Shown: one piece after another, positions 36,305 to 45,844 of the stretch
How the letters are laid out: every line of letters begins with the position of its first letter
How positions within the stretch are numbered: position 1 is the first letter of the stretch
Made by a program: the position numbers and the translations under genes
Notes under the pieces: generated by a model
The model's input: the letters and a program-made list of their open reading frames with translations, nothing else
Databases searched by the model: none
Told to the model about the DNA's origin: nothing
NCBI GenBank assembly: GCA_016788565.1
Contig: JAEUSP010000097.1
Location: forward strand, 6,262-70,261
Direction of reading: 5' to 3'
Source: Chlorobiota bacterium
Lineage (GTDB): Bacteria; Bacteroidota; Ignavibacteria; OLB7
DNA: 64,000 nucleotides

Positions 36305-36434
36305 GGTGCGAAGATAGGGTGCAAAGATTTGGTGAAAAAATAGGGGAGCAAAGCAACGGAATCGGCAAGGGGAATGTTGTAGTTTTGCGGTACGCTATCG
36401 GGATCAACCCTCATCGGAATTACAATCTACCGTT

Positions 36435-36872
36435 ATGAGCTACCAAAAAACGTTGCTGTTTCCTTTGCTGATGTGTGTCATACTGGCAACAACCGCAGTT
36501 CCCTCCGCAATCCACGCTGCTGGGGGCGATTACATCATGCGCGACACCGCGCTGGTTTCGCTGAAAAGCTCTATCGGCCAAGCGATAACCATGCTTCAAG
36601 CAAAAAACTATGTTCAATTTTTGCAGCGGTTTGTTCGGCCAGCGGATATGGAGGCGTTGCTGAAGGATTGCACAACGCTGGAGCAATGCGCCGAAGCGTT
36701 TGCCGAAGAGAAAGCCGGCTTGCTGTTGCAGGTTTTAAGAAAAATAAAAAACCGCAAGCCGAAAATGGATCGTGCGGAAAACACCGCAACTTTCACAATC
36801 CCAAGCCCCGGAACAGGGAAGTCGAAAATTATTTGGGAGCAGGTTCAGGGTGTCTGGTACATCAGGAATTAG
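36435..36872 (+). CDS. Hypothetical secreted protein
   Basis: Signal peptide MSYQKTLLFPLLMCVILATTAVPSAIHAAG. I recognised no family. Confidence 0.5.
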   Translation: MSYQKTLLFPLLMCVILATTAVPSAIHAAGGDYIMRDTALVSLKSSIGQAITMLQAKNYVQFLQRFVRPADMEALLKDCTTLEQCAEAFAEEKAGLLLQVLRKIKNRKPKMDRAENTATFTIPSPGTGKSKIIWEQVQGVWYIRN

Positions 36873-36904
36873 GGAAATTTGGCAATCCTGACGATTGCCA
36901 AATT

Positions 36905-37585
36905 TCAGTACGCCACCAGTGCCGCAGCCTGAGCCCCTCCAATCGCTGCCAGCAAGCCCCACATCAGCAATCCGAATGTTAGCGGAATCGTGAAATTGTC
37001 GTCAATGTTGATGCCGTAGCTCATTGCTTCGGCAATGGCGGCGGCAACGGAGCATAGGATGCCAACATAGATGAACGATGCCGGGGGATGATAGACTTGT
37101 GCTGCAATCAGCACCACGCCGATTGCTGTCACCACAAACGCCAGCGATCCTTCCAGGCTTTTCTCCAGAAATTTATGCCGTCCAAACGGCCTTCCGATCA
37201 GCGCGCCGGCGGTGTCGCTGATAATCAGCACGGTGAATGCGGTGATGGCGATCACTTTCGGGAACAGTGCCACACACAACGCCGCCGACACCAACACAAA
37301 GGTTGCGCCGTTCATTTTTCGTTTTTTCGAGGCTTGCTCATGCGGGCGAAGGATTGCCCCGAACAACCGGCTGAACCACGCATCGAACGCTGCCGAGCGG
37401 AACCGAAGAGCATCTATCGTTAAAGCCAGTATTGCCGCTGGAATAAGCAGAAGCAGCATCTCGCCACGGGTAAGGTGGTGGTAAATCAGCGGCACGCCCA
37501 TCGAAGAAAGGTGAATCCCTTTCCGCACCAGTTCACCACGCATGGTGATTTGCGCCGGCTGCGCTGTTGCTGAATCGTGTGCCAT
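36905..37585 (-). CDS. Polyprenol/dolichol (phytol) kinase-like membrane protein, CdsA superfamily
   Basis: Multi-TM protein with VRKGIHL near the N-terminus and ISDTAGALIGRPFGRHKF. Confidence 0.7.
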   Translation of the reverse strand: MAHDSATAQPAQITMRGELVRKGIHLSSMGVPLIYHHLTRGEMLLLLIPAAILALTIDALRFRSAAFDAWFSRLFGAILRPHEQASKKRKMNGATFVLVSAALCVALFPKVIAITAFTVLIISDTAGALIGRPFGRHKFLEKSLEGSLAFVVTAIGVVLIAAQVYHPPASFIYVGILCSVAAAIAEAMSYGINIDDNFTIPLTFGLLMWGLLAAIGGAQAAALVAY

Positions 37586-37730
37586 GAAGTTGCTTGGAAT
37601 CGGTCTGGAGTATCAATGAATGGGGAGGGAGGGGGACACACCAGATTGTTTTCCGGAAGGAGTTGATCTGCAGGAGGTGCGGCACCGTTGCCCAAGAATT
37701 GTTGCCTAAGATGTGCCCCCAAGATAGCCA

Positions 37731-37790
37731 AACCGCCCGCTTTGGCGATTGTGCCAAGCGGGCGGTTCTGTTTTTTATCCGTTTTTTTTC
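37731..37790 (+). terminator. Canonical plus-strand intrinsic terminator in a region where both neighbouring genes are on the minus strand
   Basis: AACCGCCCGCTTTGGC (37731-37746) pairs with GCCAAGCGGGCGGTT (37753-37767). It is followed by CTGTTTTTTATCCGTTTTTTTT. Confidence 0.6.
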
Positions 37791-37824
37791 ACCGAGCAGT
37801 TGCCAAGGTTCCGTGTGGCTTCTG

Positions 37825-39912
37825 TCAGTTCCCTGCGCTGATATCAGTATGACGTTCCGGGCCAGCGGAGCTTGATGTGATGGTGGATTGCGAAGCAGAT
37901 TCGCTGACTCTGCTGCGGGTTCCGTTGATTGGGTTTCCGCCGGCCATGCGTGCTTGCAGCATCCGTTTCACCTCAACTGGGGCTAGTTCCTCGCCCCGCA
38001 TCACTTGGTCAATTTCGTCGGCATCCAAGGTCTCGCGCTCAATCAACAGATGCGACATGCTGTGCAGGATATCAATGTGCTCTTTCAAGATGTCCATGGC
38101 TTTGTGCATCCCGTCGTCAATGATGCGGCGGACTTCTTGGTCAATCATCTCGGCGGTGGCTTCGCTTAAATCCTTGTGGACCGCGAAGTCGCGCCCCAGG
38201 AAGACTTCCCCTTCGCTGGAGGAGTAGTTCACCGGGCCAAGTTTCTCGGACATCCCAAGCTCGCACACCATCTGGCGCGCCATTTGGGTGATGACTTTGA
38301 TATCCCCCTGCGCCCCCGATGTGTAGTTGCCAAAAATCAGCAGCTCGGCAGCGCGTCCGCCAAGCGCCATTGCAATACGCGCCTCGAACCACTCGCGCGA
38401 GCGTGAGTGCTGGTCGTCGTTTGGCAGGAATGCGGTTACGCCCAACGCCCGGCCACGTGGGATGATGGTCACTTTGTGAAGCGGGTCGCCATGTGGCATG
38501 AACTTGCCAACAATCACGTGGCCCGATTCGTGGTAGGCGGTCATCTTCTTTTCTTCCTCGCTCATCACCATTGTGCGGCGTTCCAAGCCCATCATCAGCT
38601 TGTCTTTTGCCATTTCAAAGTCGTACATCGTCACGCGGTCGCCGTTGCGGCGTGCGGCGTAGATGGCGGCTTCGTTGCAGAGGTTGGCAATGTCGGCCCC
38701 ACTGAATCCTGGGGTTGATTTTGCCAAGGCAACAAGGTCAACGTTTTCGGCAAGGGGGATATTCCGCGAGTGAACTTTCAGGATTGCCTCGCGGCCACGT
38801 CGGTCGGGGCGATCCACCACAATTTGGCGGTCGAAGCGGCCCGGGCGCAGAAGCGCGGGATCCAGAACATCGGGGCGATTGGTTGCGGCAATAATGATAA
38901 CCCCGGTGTTCTGCTCGAACCCATCCATCTCCACCAACAGCGCGTTCAAAGTTTGCTCACGTTCGTCGTGCCCACCCCCCAGCCCCGCGCCACGTTGGCG
39001 GCCAACGGCATCAATCTCATCAATAAACACGATTGCCGGTGCCACCTTCTTTGCTTGCTCGAACAGATCGCGAACGCGGCTTGCGCCAACGCCCACAAAC
39101 ATCTCCACAAAATCAGCACCGGAGATGGAAAGGAACTGAACCCCTGCTTCGCCGGCGACGGCGCGAGCCATCAAGGTCTTTCCGGTTCCCGGGGGACCAA
39201 GCAGAAGAACTCCGCGTGGGATTTTCCCGCCAAGCCGTTGGAACTTTGCCGGCTCGCGAAGGAACTCCACAATCTCCTGAAGTTCTTCTTTGGCTTCATC
39301 GGCCCCGGCAACATCGGCGAACATGACGCGGGGTGAGTTCTCGCTCATCGTCCGGGCGCGCGATTTGCCGAAGGAGAAAATGCCTTTGGTTCCGGCACCT
39401 TGCATCCGGCGCATTGCCCAAACAAAGATGAAGATCAGAGCAACCCAGGGGAGGAAGGAGAAGAGGATCGTCCAGAGGGTTCCGCTGTCGGATTCAATGT
39501 TGTACTTGATCCCCTGCTGAACCCAGCTTTGCTCGATCTGGCTATCAACCACAATCAGCCGTGTGGTGAAGGCTTTGGTTTTGAGTTTCATCCCATCTTT
39601 CCGCTCCACTTCTGTCACCTCTTTCAAGTCACCACGGAACTCATAGCCGCTTAGCTCGGACCCCATCACTTCGGCGCGGTCAATTTTGCTTTCGGTAAGC
39701 AGGCGTTGGTACTCGTTAAAGTTGACGGCAACGGGCTGGCCGGGGCCATTTTTCAGGATCATGTACAGGACAAGGAATCCGACGATGATTCCCATCCACA
39801 TCGTCACGGTACGCACGACGCTGCCGACGTTTCCTTCGTCGTCGCCGTTTGGTTTTCGTGATGGCCGCGGCGACCGGTTTGCTGGCTTCCGCTGGTTGCT
39901 ATCGTTGCTCAT
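37825..39912 (-). CDS. ftsH: ATP-dependent zinc metalloprotease FtsH
   Basis: GPPGTGKTL Walker A, second region of homology, HESGH zinc site, and two N-terminal TM segments. Confidence 0.97.
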   Translation of the reverse strand: MSNDSNQRKPANRSPRPSRKPNGDDEGNVGSVVRTVTMWMGIIVGFLVLYMILKNGPGQPVAVNFNEYQRLLTESKIDRAEVMGSELSGYEFRGDLKEVTEVERKDGMKLKTKAFTTRLIVVDSQIEQSWVQQGIKYNIESDSGTLWTILFSFLPWVALIFIFVWAMRRMQGAGTKGIFSFGKSRARTMSENSPRVMFADVAGADEAKEELQEIVEFLREPAKFQRLGGKIPRGVLLLGPPGTGKTLMARAVAGEAGVQFLSISGADFVEMFVGVGASRVRDLFEQAKKVAPAIVFIDEIDAVGRQRGAGLGGGHDEREQTLNALLVEMDGFEQNTGVIIIAATNRPDVLDPALLRPGRFDRQIVVDRPDRRGREAILKVHSRNIPLAENVDLVALAKSTPGFSGADIANLCNEAAIYAARRNGDRVTMYDFEMAKDKLMMGLERRTMVMSEEEKKMTAYHESGHVIVGKFMPHGDPLHKVTIIPRGRALGVTAFLPNDDQHSRSREWFEARIAMALGGRAAELLIFGNYTSGAQGDIKVITQMARQMVCELGMSEKLGPVNYSSSEGEVFLGRDFAVHKDLSEATAEMIDQEVRRIIDDGMHKAMDILKEHIDILHSMSHLLIERETLDADEIDQVMRGEELAPVEVKRMLQARMAGGNPINGTRSRVSESASQSTITSSSAGPERHTDISAGN

Positions 39913-39945
39913 TGGTTGCGAGTGTGTGATTACTCTAAAGTGTCG

Positions 39946-40551
39946 TTATGAAAAATCGCTTGTTGGCTGATGAAGTGCCACGGGCTGCGGTTGCTGCTGC
40001 TGTGGTTCTTTGTCATCAAGGGCGTAGATGGCTGGAAGATTTCTTCCTTGCTGGGCGAAATCAAGCCCGAACCCGACCACGAAACGGTCGGGGATTTCGA
40101 TGCCGATGAACTCGGGCGGGGCATCTCCCCGGAACGCATCGGGCTTGAATAGCAGTGCCGCAATGGCCACCGAGTCGGCCCCTTGTTGGGCCAGATATTC
40201 CCGAATTTTTCCGGAGGTAAGCCCGCTATCCACGATGTCTTCAACCACTATGACGTTTCTTCCGTGGATTTCAGTGCTGGGGTAGGCTGTAAAATTTAAT
40301 GCTCCGGAAGATTGCATCCGTTCGCCGTAGCTGCTTACCCTGATGTAGTCAACCGAAAGTGGAATCGGCATCTGCCGGATCAGGTCGGCATGGAAAATTG
40401 CTGCACCGTTCAGCACGCACACCATCAACGGGTTTTTCTGGCGGTAGCGTTCGGTAAGCTGGCCAGCAATGCGGCCCACTTGCTGGCGTAGTTCCTGGCC
40501 GGAGATCATCAGCCTGAACCACCGCCCGCCAACGCTGATTCTATCGCTCAC
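39946..40551 (-). CDS. hpt: Hypoxanthine phosphoribosyltransferase
   Basis: PRPP-binding motif VIVVEDIVDSGLT. The GTG at 40551 overlaps the tilS stop (GTGA). An alternative ATG lies at 40509. There is a Gln-rich C-terminal tail. Confidence 0.9.
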   Translation of the reverse strand: MSDRISVGGRWFRLMISGQELRQQVGRIAGQLTERYRQKNPLMVCVLNGAAIFHADLIRQMPIPLSVDYIRVSSYGERMQSSGALNFTAYPSTEIHGRNVIVVEDIVDSGLTSGKIREYLAQQGADSVAIAALLFKPDAFRGDAPPEFIGIEIPDRFVVGFGLDFAQQGRNLPAIYALDDKEPQQQQPQPVALHQPTSDFS

Positions 40552-43460
40552 CTGTTCCCCTCATGTTCATCCCCGTGGTTGGCGGCGGGGGGCTTGGGCG
40601 TTGCTGATTTCCGTGTGGCCGCACGCTTCGCTGGGGCTGGCGCGCTACCTGATGTGCTCTCGGCCACTTGTGGCTTGCTTGCTTTGGAAGCCGTTGCCGC
40701 AGATTTTTTTGCGGGGCGTTTGGCGGCTGGTTCGGGCGACGGTTGTGCTTGTTCGGCCACCCCGGTTTTTGCTGTTGGCGTTGTCGCCAATTTTTTTACC
40801 CCAGGCCGCTTGGCTGCTGGCGTTGCTGTCGGTGCGACGGCTGGCGCGCCGACGGTGGCGGTGGCCGCTGGTGGCAGGGGAGCAGGTGAGGTAGATGGAG
40901 CTTCTGCTACTAGCCGCTGGGGTGTTGCTGGCTGGGTTGATTGCGGTGTGGCAGTACGCCTTCCTGGACCAGCAGCTTTTGGTTGTGTTGGTCGTGCTGG
41001 CTGGGTTGCAACGGGCCGCTGCTCCGTTGGCGCAGCAGTTTGCTGCGCTGCTGGCGGTGGTTGCTGCGGCTGTATTGGCCGCTGCCCACTTCGTTGCTCA
41101 GTTGGCCGTTGTTGCTGCGGTTGTTGTGGCCGCTGTTGCTGTTGTGCCGGTTGCTGCCGTTGGGGTTGATTTCCCTGCGGCTTGTTTTGGGGTACTCCGG
41201 TTGGCTGTTGTGGCCGTTGTTGCTGCGGCTGATTTTCCTGCTGGGGCCGCTGGGATTGATTCCCTTGCGGCTTGGCTTGGGCTACTCCGGCTGGCTGCTG
41301 GGGCCGCTGGGGTTGATTCCCTTGCGGCTTGGCTTGTGCTGTTCCGGTTGGCTGCTGCGCTGGCCGTTGTTGCTGTGGTTGCTGGTTTCCCTGCGGTTGC
41401 TGTGGCCGCTGTTGTTGCTGCGCCGATTGTTGCCGTTGCGGTTGGTTCCCTTGCGGCTTGGTTTGGGCTACTCCGGCTGGCTGCTGTGGCCGTTGTTGTT
41501 GCGGCTGATTCCCCTGCTGTTTTGGCTGTTGCTGCTGGGGTTGATTCCCTTGCGGCTTGGTTTGGGCTGGGCCGGTTGGTTGCTGCTGTGGCCGTTGTTG
41601 CTGCGGTTGCTGGTTTCCCTGCGGTTGCTGTGGCCGCTGTTGTTGCTGCGCCGATTGTTGCCGTTGCGGTTGGTTCCCTTGCGGCTTGGTTTGGGCTACT
41701 CCGGCTGGCTGCTGTGGCCGTTGTTGCTGCGGTTGCTGGTTTCCCTGCGATTGTTGTGGCCGCTGTTGTTGCTGTGCCGGTTGCTGCCGTTGGGGTTGAT
41801 TCCCCTGCGGCTTGGTTTGGGCTACTCCGGTTGGCTGCTGTTGCTTTCCGGGTTGTGCTGCTTGCCCTTGTTGGTTGCCCTGCGGTTGCTGCTGTTTTTG
41901 TTGCTTCTGCTGCTGGGCTTGGCTTGTGGGTTTCGGCTGCTGTTGCTGCTTCTGCCCGTTGTTGAATTGTTGCCCGTTTGATTGCTGCTGGGTGTTGGCG
42001 GGTTTCCCTTGCTCTGGCTGGCGGCGCAGTTGGATGAACTCAATCCGCAGCACGTTTTGGGTTTCGGGGGTGATGCGGTAGCGCTCGTCCAACCTCATGC
42101 CGCAGACCCAGATGATATTCTGCTCATCGGCAAGCACCAACACGTCGCGCTTGGCATCCAACGCCACTTTTTCGTCAATCAGGAAATCGCTGATCTTTTT
42201 CTCCCCATCCATCCCCAACGGCTGGAACCGATCCCCTTCGCGCCAGGAGCGTAAGGTGAGTTTTTTCGGCAACCGGTCGGCATCAATGAACTCTATCGAA
42301 CGGTTGTTGCTGAACTGGATATTGCTGTTTTTCATCCGGCGGGTTATCAGCCGCGCTTTCCCTGTTTCGGTGGTTGTTCCGGTGTCGAAGCTCCGCTCGA
42401 ACGGAATAAACGGTGGCGGGTCGCGCCGGATCACCAGCGTTTCGCGGTCGCGAAGGGCGCTGATTCCATCAATGATTTCTGCTTTGCTTCCGGTTTCTTT
42501 CCAGACCAACCCCATCGTCCGCTCCACCGCCGAGTGGGGGATTGGGGGAAGCTCGAACCGTTGGCAGACTACCCGCTGCACCAACTCCGATTGAATTGCA
42601 GGCAGCAGATGTTTTAGCTGATTGAGGTTAAGCTCAACAACGTCGTTGTTGCGTGGTTCGTTGTTGTTGCGCGGCGCGGTCACTTGCTCGATAGCGGTTC
42701 GGACGGAGTGGCCCAGGTGCTGCTCAACGCCCCGCATGATGTCGGCAGTGGAGTTCAGCGTGCTGACAATGCTTGGGTTGAACTGCTGCAATGCCGGCAG
42801 CAATTCTTGGCGAACGCGATTCCGGAGGAATCGGGTGTTCTGGTTGGACTCATCCTCACGCCATTGAATCCCGGCTTGCTGCACAAACTCCCGAATCTCA
42901 CTTCTTCCGGCCCAAAGCAACGGGCGGGCAAGGATCAGCCCACGCCCCAGCGAACGAACCGGGGGGATACCGGCAAGCCCGGTAACGCCGCTTCCGCGAA
43001 GCAGGTTCATCAGCAAGGTTTCGGCGTTGTCGTCGGCGGTGTGGCCGGTCAGGACGATGGAGTATCCGTGGCGGCGGGCAACACGTTCCAGAAATTGGTA
43101 GCGGGCTTTTCGGGCAGCGTCTTCCAGCGAAAGTTTTTGTTCGGCAGCAAGGCGTTGCACCTCGGCCCGTCCGATAAAAATTTTCAATCCCCGCTCACGC
43201 GCTTGTTCATTGACAAAGGCTGAGTCCTTGCGCGATTCCTCGCCGCGCAGCTCGTGGTCGAAGTGTGCAATGCCAACTTGAAGTTTCAGTAACGGGGCAA
43301 GCCGCGACACCATTTCCAGCAGTGCCATGGAGTCGGCACCGCCGCTAACAGCAATCAGCACCGATTCTTTCCCAAGCAGCATATCGTGCTTGCGAACGTA
43401 GGCCCGCATTTTCTGCTGGCATTTCTCAACAAACGTAGATGTTAGAATCATAAGCCGCAC
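40548..43460 (-). CDS. tilS: tRNA(Ile)-lysidine synthase with a ~500-aa low-complexity C-terminal extension
   Basis: PP-loop VLIAVSGGADSMALL, LTGHTADDNAETLLMNLLRGSG, and a TilS C-terminal domain ending ~RIEFIQL. Uninterrupted Q/P-rich repeats and a K/A/P-rich tail follow. The start is GTG 43460 or ATG 43451. Confidence 0.85.
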   Translation of the reverse strand: MRLMILTSTFVEKCQQKMRAYVRKHDMLLGKESVLIAVSGGADSMALLEMVSRLAPLLKLQVGIAHFDHELRGEESRKDSAFVNEQARERGLKIFIGRAEVQRLAAEQKLSLEDAARKARYQFLERVARRHGYSIVLTGHTADDNAETLLMNLLRGSGVTGLAGIPPVRSLGRGLILARPLLWAGRSEIREFVQQAGIQWREDESNQNTRFLRNRVRQELLPALQQFNPSIVSTLNSTADIMRGVEQHLGHSVRTAIEQVTAPRNNNEPRNNDVVELNLNQLKHLLPAIQSELVQRVVCQRFELPPIPHSAVERTMGLVWKETGSKAEIIDGISALRDRETLVIRRDPPPFIPFERSFDTGTTTETGKARLITRRMKNSNIQFSNNRSIEFIDADRLPKKLTLRSWREGDRFQPLGMDGEKKISDFLIDEKVALDAKRDVLVLADEQNIIWVCGMRLDERYRITPETQNVLRIEFIQLRRQPEQGKPANTQQQSNGQQFNNGQKQQQQPKPTSQAQQQKQQKQQQPQGNQQGQAAQPGKQQQPTGVAQTKPQGNQPQRQQPAQQQQRPQQSQGNQQPQQQRPQQPAGVAQTKPQGNQPQRQQSAQQQQRPQQPQGNQQPQQQRPQQQPTGPAQTKPQGNQPQQQQPKQQGNQPQQQRPQQPAGVAQTKPQGNQPQRQQSAQQQQRPQQPQGNQQPQQQRPAQQPTGTAQAKPQGNQPQRPQQPAGVAQAKPQGNQSQRPQQENQPQQQRPQQPTGVPQNKPQGNQPQRQQPAQQQQRPQQPQQQRPTEQRSGQRPIQPQQPPPAAQQTAAPTEQRPVATQPARPTQPKAAGPGRRTATPQSTQPATPQRLVAEAPSTSPAPLPPAATATVGAPAVAPTATPAAKRPGVKKLATTPTAKTGVAEQAQPSPEPAAKRPAKKSAATASKASKPQVAESTSGSAPAPAKRAATRKSATPKPPAANHGDEHEGNR
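41100..41900. repeat. Coding tandem repeats inside the tilS extension, including a 122-nt perfect duplicate at a 228-nt offset
   Basis: 41377-41498 is identical to 41605-41726. Seven KPQGNQ-anchored peptide repeats are present. Confidence 0.85.
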
Positions 43461-43632
43461 AAGTTAGCCATAGCGCACCGAAGAGCGGCACAGAGAATTG
43501 GTGAAGGGAAATATCAGTGCTTCTGAACAGCAGAAGCAGGCCGTCCAAACAGCCCATACAGCATCGGGACAAACGGGGGAACGGGGAACGGACATCTGAT
43601 CTTGTAAAAAAAACTGACAGCGCGTTGCTTTG

Positions 43633-43664
43633 GTTGTGCAAACGGGGCGTTACGCGCTATCTTT
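43633..43664 (+). promoter_or_regulatory. Candidate FCB-type promoter for rplM-rpsI (TTG-N21-TATCTTTG)
   Basis: TTG at 43633-43635 and TATCTTTG at 43657-43664, about 78 nt upstream of the rplM ATG. Confidence 0.45.
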
Positions 43665-43741
43665 GCCGTCCTTATTGCAAAGTTGGAACCAATCATACTG
43701 CCTTTTGGCAGGGAGAATCAGCAGTGTTACAGCCGGAAAAA

Positions 43742-44176
43742 ATGACAGTCTCGGCCCGTGAGGCCGATGTCGAGAAAAAATGGTGGGTGGTGGATGCCGA
43801 GGGGCAGACCCTGGGTCGCCTTGCTTCGCAGATTGCCCACATCCTTCGCGGCAAGCATAAGCCGCTTTTTACGCCGCACGTTGATTGTGGTGACTTCGTC
43901 ATCGTGGTCAATGCCGACAAAGTGCAGATTGCACAACGCCGTGCCGAGCAGAAAGTGTATATCCACCACACCGGGTTTCCGGGTGGGCAGCGCATCCGCC
44001 CGTACAAGCAGATGTTGCAGAACAATCCGGAGGAGATCATCGAGATCGCCGTCCGCCGGATGATCCCACGCAACCGGCTTGGAAAACGGATTATGACCAA
44101 GCTGCGCGTTTATACCAGTGGCGACCACCCACACTCCGCACAGAAGCCAGAAGCACTCGAACTGAAATACAAGTAA
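43742..44176 (+). CDS. rplM: 50S ribosomal protein L13
   Basis: KKWWVVDAEGQTLGRLASQIAHILRGKHKP. ATG 43742 was chosen; the listed ORF starts 75 codons upstream in the leader. Confidence 0.95.
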   Translation: MTVSAREADVEKKWWVVDAEGQTLGRLASQIAHILRGKHKPLFTPHVDCGDFVIVVNADKVQIAQRRAEQKVYIHHTGFPGGQRIRPYKQMLQNNPEEIIEIAVRRMIPRNRLGKRIMTKLRVYTSGDHPHSAQKPEALELKYK

Positions 44177-44192
44177 TCCCGCATAGCTACCA

Positions 44193-44579
44193 ATGCCGAA
44201 TTCAATCAACGTCGGGCGGCGCAAAAATGCAGTTGCACGGGTCTATCTAACCCCCGGAACCGGCAGCGTCACCGTTAACAACCGCGAGCTTATCAACTAC
44301 TTCTCCGATCCGTTCGATCGCCAAACCATCATGTCGCCATTGGTGGCGGTGGAGATGGTTGACCGGTTCGATGTCCATGCCAACGTCAACGGCGGCGGGC
44401 GCGCCGGCCAAGCGGGTGCTATCCGTTTGGGCATTGCACGCGCACTGGTGGAGATTGACGAAACGCTGAAATCCCCGCTTCGCAAAGGGGGCCACATGAC
44501 CCGCGACCCGCGCATGGTGGAACGGAAGAAGTACGGTCAGAAAAAAGCCCGCAAACGCTTCCAGTTCAGCAAGCGGTAA
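44193..44579 (+). CDS. rpsI: 30S ribosomal protein S9
   Basis: [12 protein letters not shown] ... [19 protein letters not shown] ... [12 protein letters not shown]. Confidence 0.95.
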   Translation: MPNSINVGRRKNAVARVYLTPGTGSVTVNNRELINYFSDPFDRQTIMSPLVAVEMVDRFDVHANVNGGGRAGQAGAIRLGIARALVEIDETLKSPLRKGGHMTRDPRMVERKKYGQKKARKRFQFSKR

Positions 44580-44604
44580 TCCGCCCAGAAGGTTCCAACA
44601 GTTT

Positions 44605-44664
44605 GAACCAGGCAGAGGGGGTACCCACCGGTGGTGCGCCGCTGCCTGGTTCGTTGTTGTAGTT
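44605..44664 (+). terminator. Probable terminator after rpsI
   Basis: GAACCAGGCAG (44605-44615) pairs with CTGCCTGGTTC (44642-44652). It is followed by GTTGTTGTAGTT. Confidence 0.5.
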
Positions 44665-44874
44665 CGGGGCATCGAAAAAAGGCGAGGAGTGATTGGCAAG
44701 TGATGTGAAAACTCCTTCCCGAACTCTTCGCCACTGGCCACGAACAACTGACGACTGACAGTTTCTTATCACACATACCCTTCGATCCTTCGTGTGTGTT
44801 CCGCTTGTGGCGGAATAAGCGAAGAGAAATGACAAGGGTAGAGGTAACACCAATAACACAAACCAAACAACACC

Positions 44875-45768
44875 ATGGCTTCACTTGAGATCGAAGATCT
44901 TCTGAACGCCGGTGCCCACTTTGGGCACCTGACCCGCCGCTGGAATCCCCAGATGCGCCAGTACATTTTTATGGAGCGCAACGGCATCCACATCATTGAC
45001 CTGAAAAAAACCCAGGTTCTGGTTGATGATGCCCGCAACGCTGCCGAACGAATCGCTGCCGAAGGGAAGCGCATCCTGTTCGTTGGAACCAAAAAGCAGG
45101 CCCGCGACGTGGTTCGCAACGAAGCATCACGCATCGGCGCAAACTTCGTGAGCGAACGCTGGCTTGGCGGGATGCTGACCAACTTCGCCACCATCCGCAA
45201 ATCCATCAAGCGGCTGAAGGATATTGAGAAGATGGAGGGGGATGGCTCAATCGAAAACTACACCAAGAAAGAACGGCTGATGATTAGCCGCGAAAAAGAA
45301 CGCCTGGTGCGGGTGCTTGGCGGCATTGCCGACATGAACCGGCTCCCCGGCGCGCTCTACATCGTGGACATCAAAAAAGAACACCTTGCGGTGAAGGAAG
45401 CCAAGACGCTTGGCATTCCGGTGATCGCTATCGTGGACACCAACACCGACCCGCGCGACATTGATTTCCCAATCCCGGCCAACGACGACTCACTGAAAAC
45501 CGTTGCCCTTATCACCAAAGTCATTGCCGACGGAGTTGCAATGGGCCGCGAAGCCAGCAAAGCCTTGATGGCCGAAGAGGGCGCGACCGACGATCGTGAG
45601 ATGAAAGAACAGGGGAAAGAGGGCGCAGGCGATGATCCACAAGCACGCCGCCGTACCCGTTCCCGCCGTGGTGGCGGAAGCGGTGGTGGCCGTCGCGACG
45701 AATCGCGCGGTGGAAATGATGCCCCAGCAGCCGAGGCTCCAACCGCAGCCCCCGCCAGCGGTGAGTAA
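44875..45768 (+). CDS. rpsB: 30S ribosomal protein S2 with an Arg/Gly-rich C-terminal extension
   Basis: [19 protein letters not shown] ... the core S2 sequence. The last ~60 aa are low complexity ([23 protein letters not shown]...). Confidence 0.95.
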   Translation: MASLEIEDLLNAGAHFGHLTRRWNPQMRQYIFMERNGIHIIDLKKTQVLVDDARNAAERIAAEGKRILFVGTKKQARDVVRNEASRIGANFVSERWLGGMLTNFATIRKSIKRLKDIEKMEGDGSIENYTKKERLMISREKERLVRVLGGIADMNRLPGALYIVDIKKEHLAVKEAKTLGIPVIAIVDTNTDPRDIDFPIPANDDSLKTVALITKVIADGVAMGREASKALMAEEGATDDREMKEQGKEGAGDDPQARRRTRSRRGGGSGGGRRDESRGGNDAPAAEAPTAAPASGE

Positions 45769-45844
45769 AAAAATACCGGATGTGGTGCTCCCCATCCCAT
45801 ATCCCCAACGTGAACAATCAGTTTATCAAACCATAGAATCTACC

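Noticed and set aside
37640-37700. SRP-RNA-like UCCGGAAGGA (GGAA tetraloop) segment
   Set aside because: The flanking sequence lacks the conserved symmetric-loop nucleotides (AGGUCAGGUCC / AGCAGCC) and the complementary 5'/3' helix expected for 4.5S RNA.
40579-42081. Several long plus-strand ORFs (up to 356 aa) across the tilS repeat tract
   Set aside because: They are reverse-strand readings of the CAG/CCG-rich tandem repeats (poly-Leu/Ala/Val/Cys/Trp strings). They arise automatically from low-complexity DNA. The minus-strand frame is continuous with a bona fide TilS.
43517-43741. Upstream extensions of listed ORFs for rplM (43517), tsf (45632), the STAND gene (50535), the CAP gene (57482), the 4-TM gene (57937), comEC (48977), the amine oxidase (35213) and the DUF1579-like gene (55589)
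   Set aside because: The extensions run through leaders or neighbouring genes and lack homology-like sequence. Internal Met codons give canonical N-termini or signal peptides.
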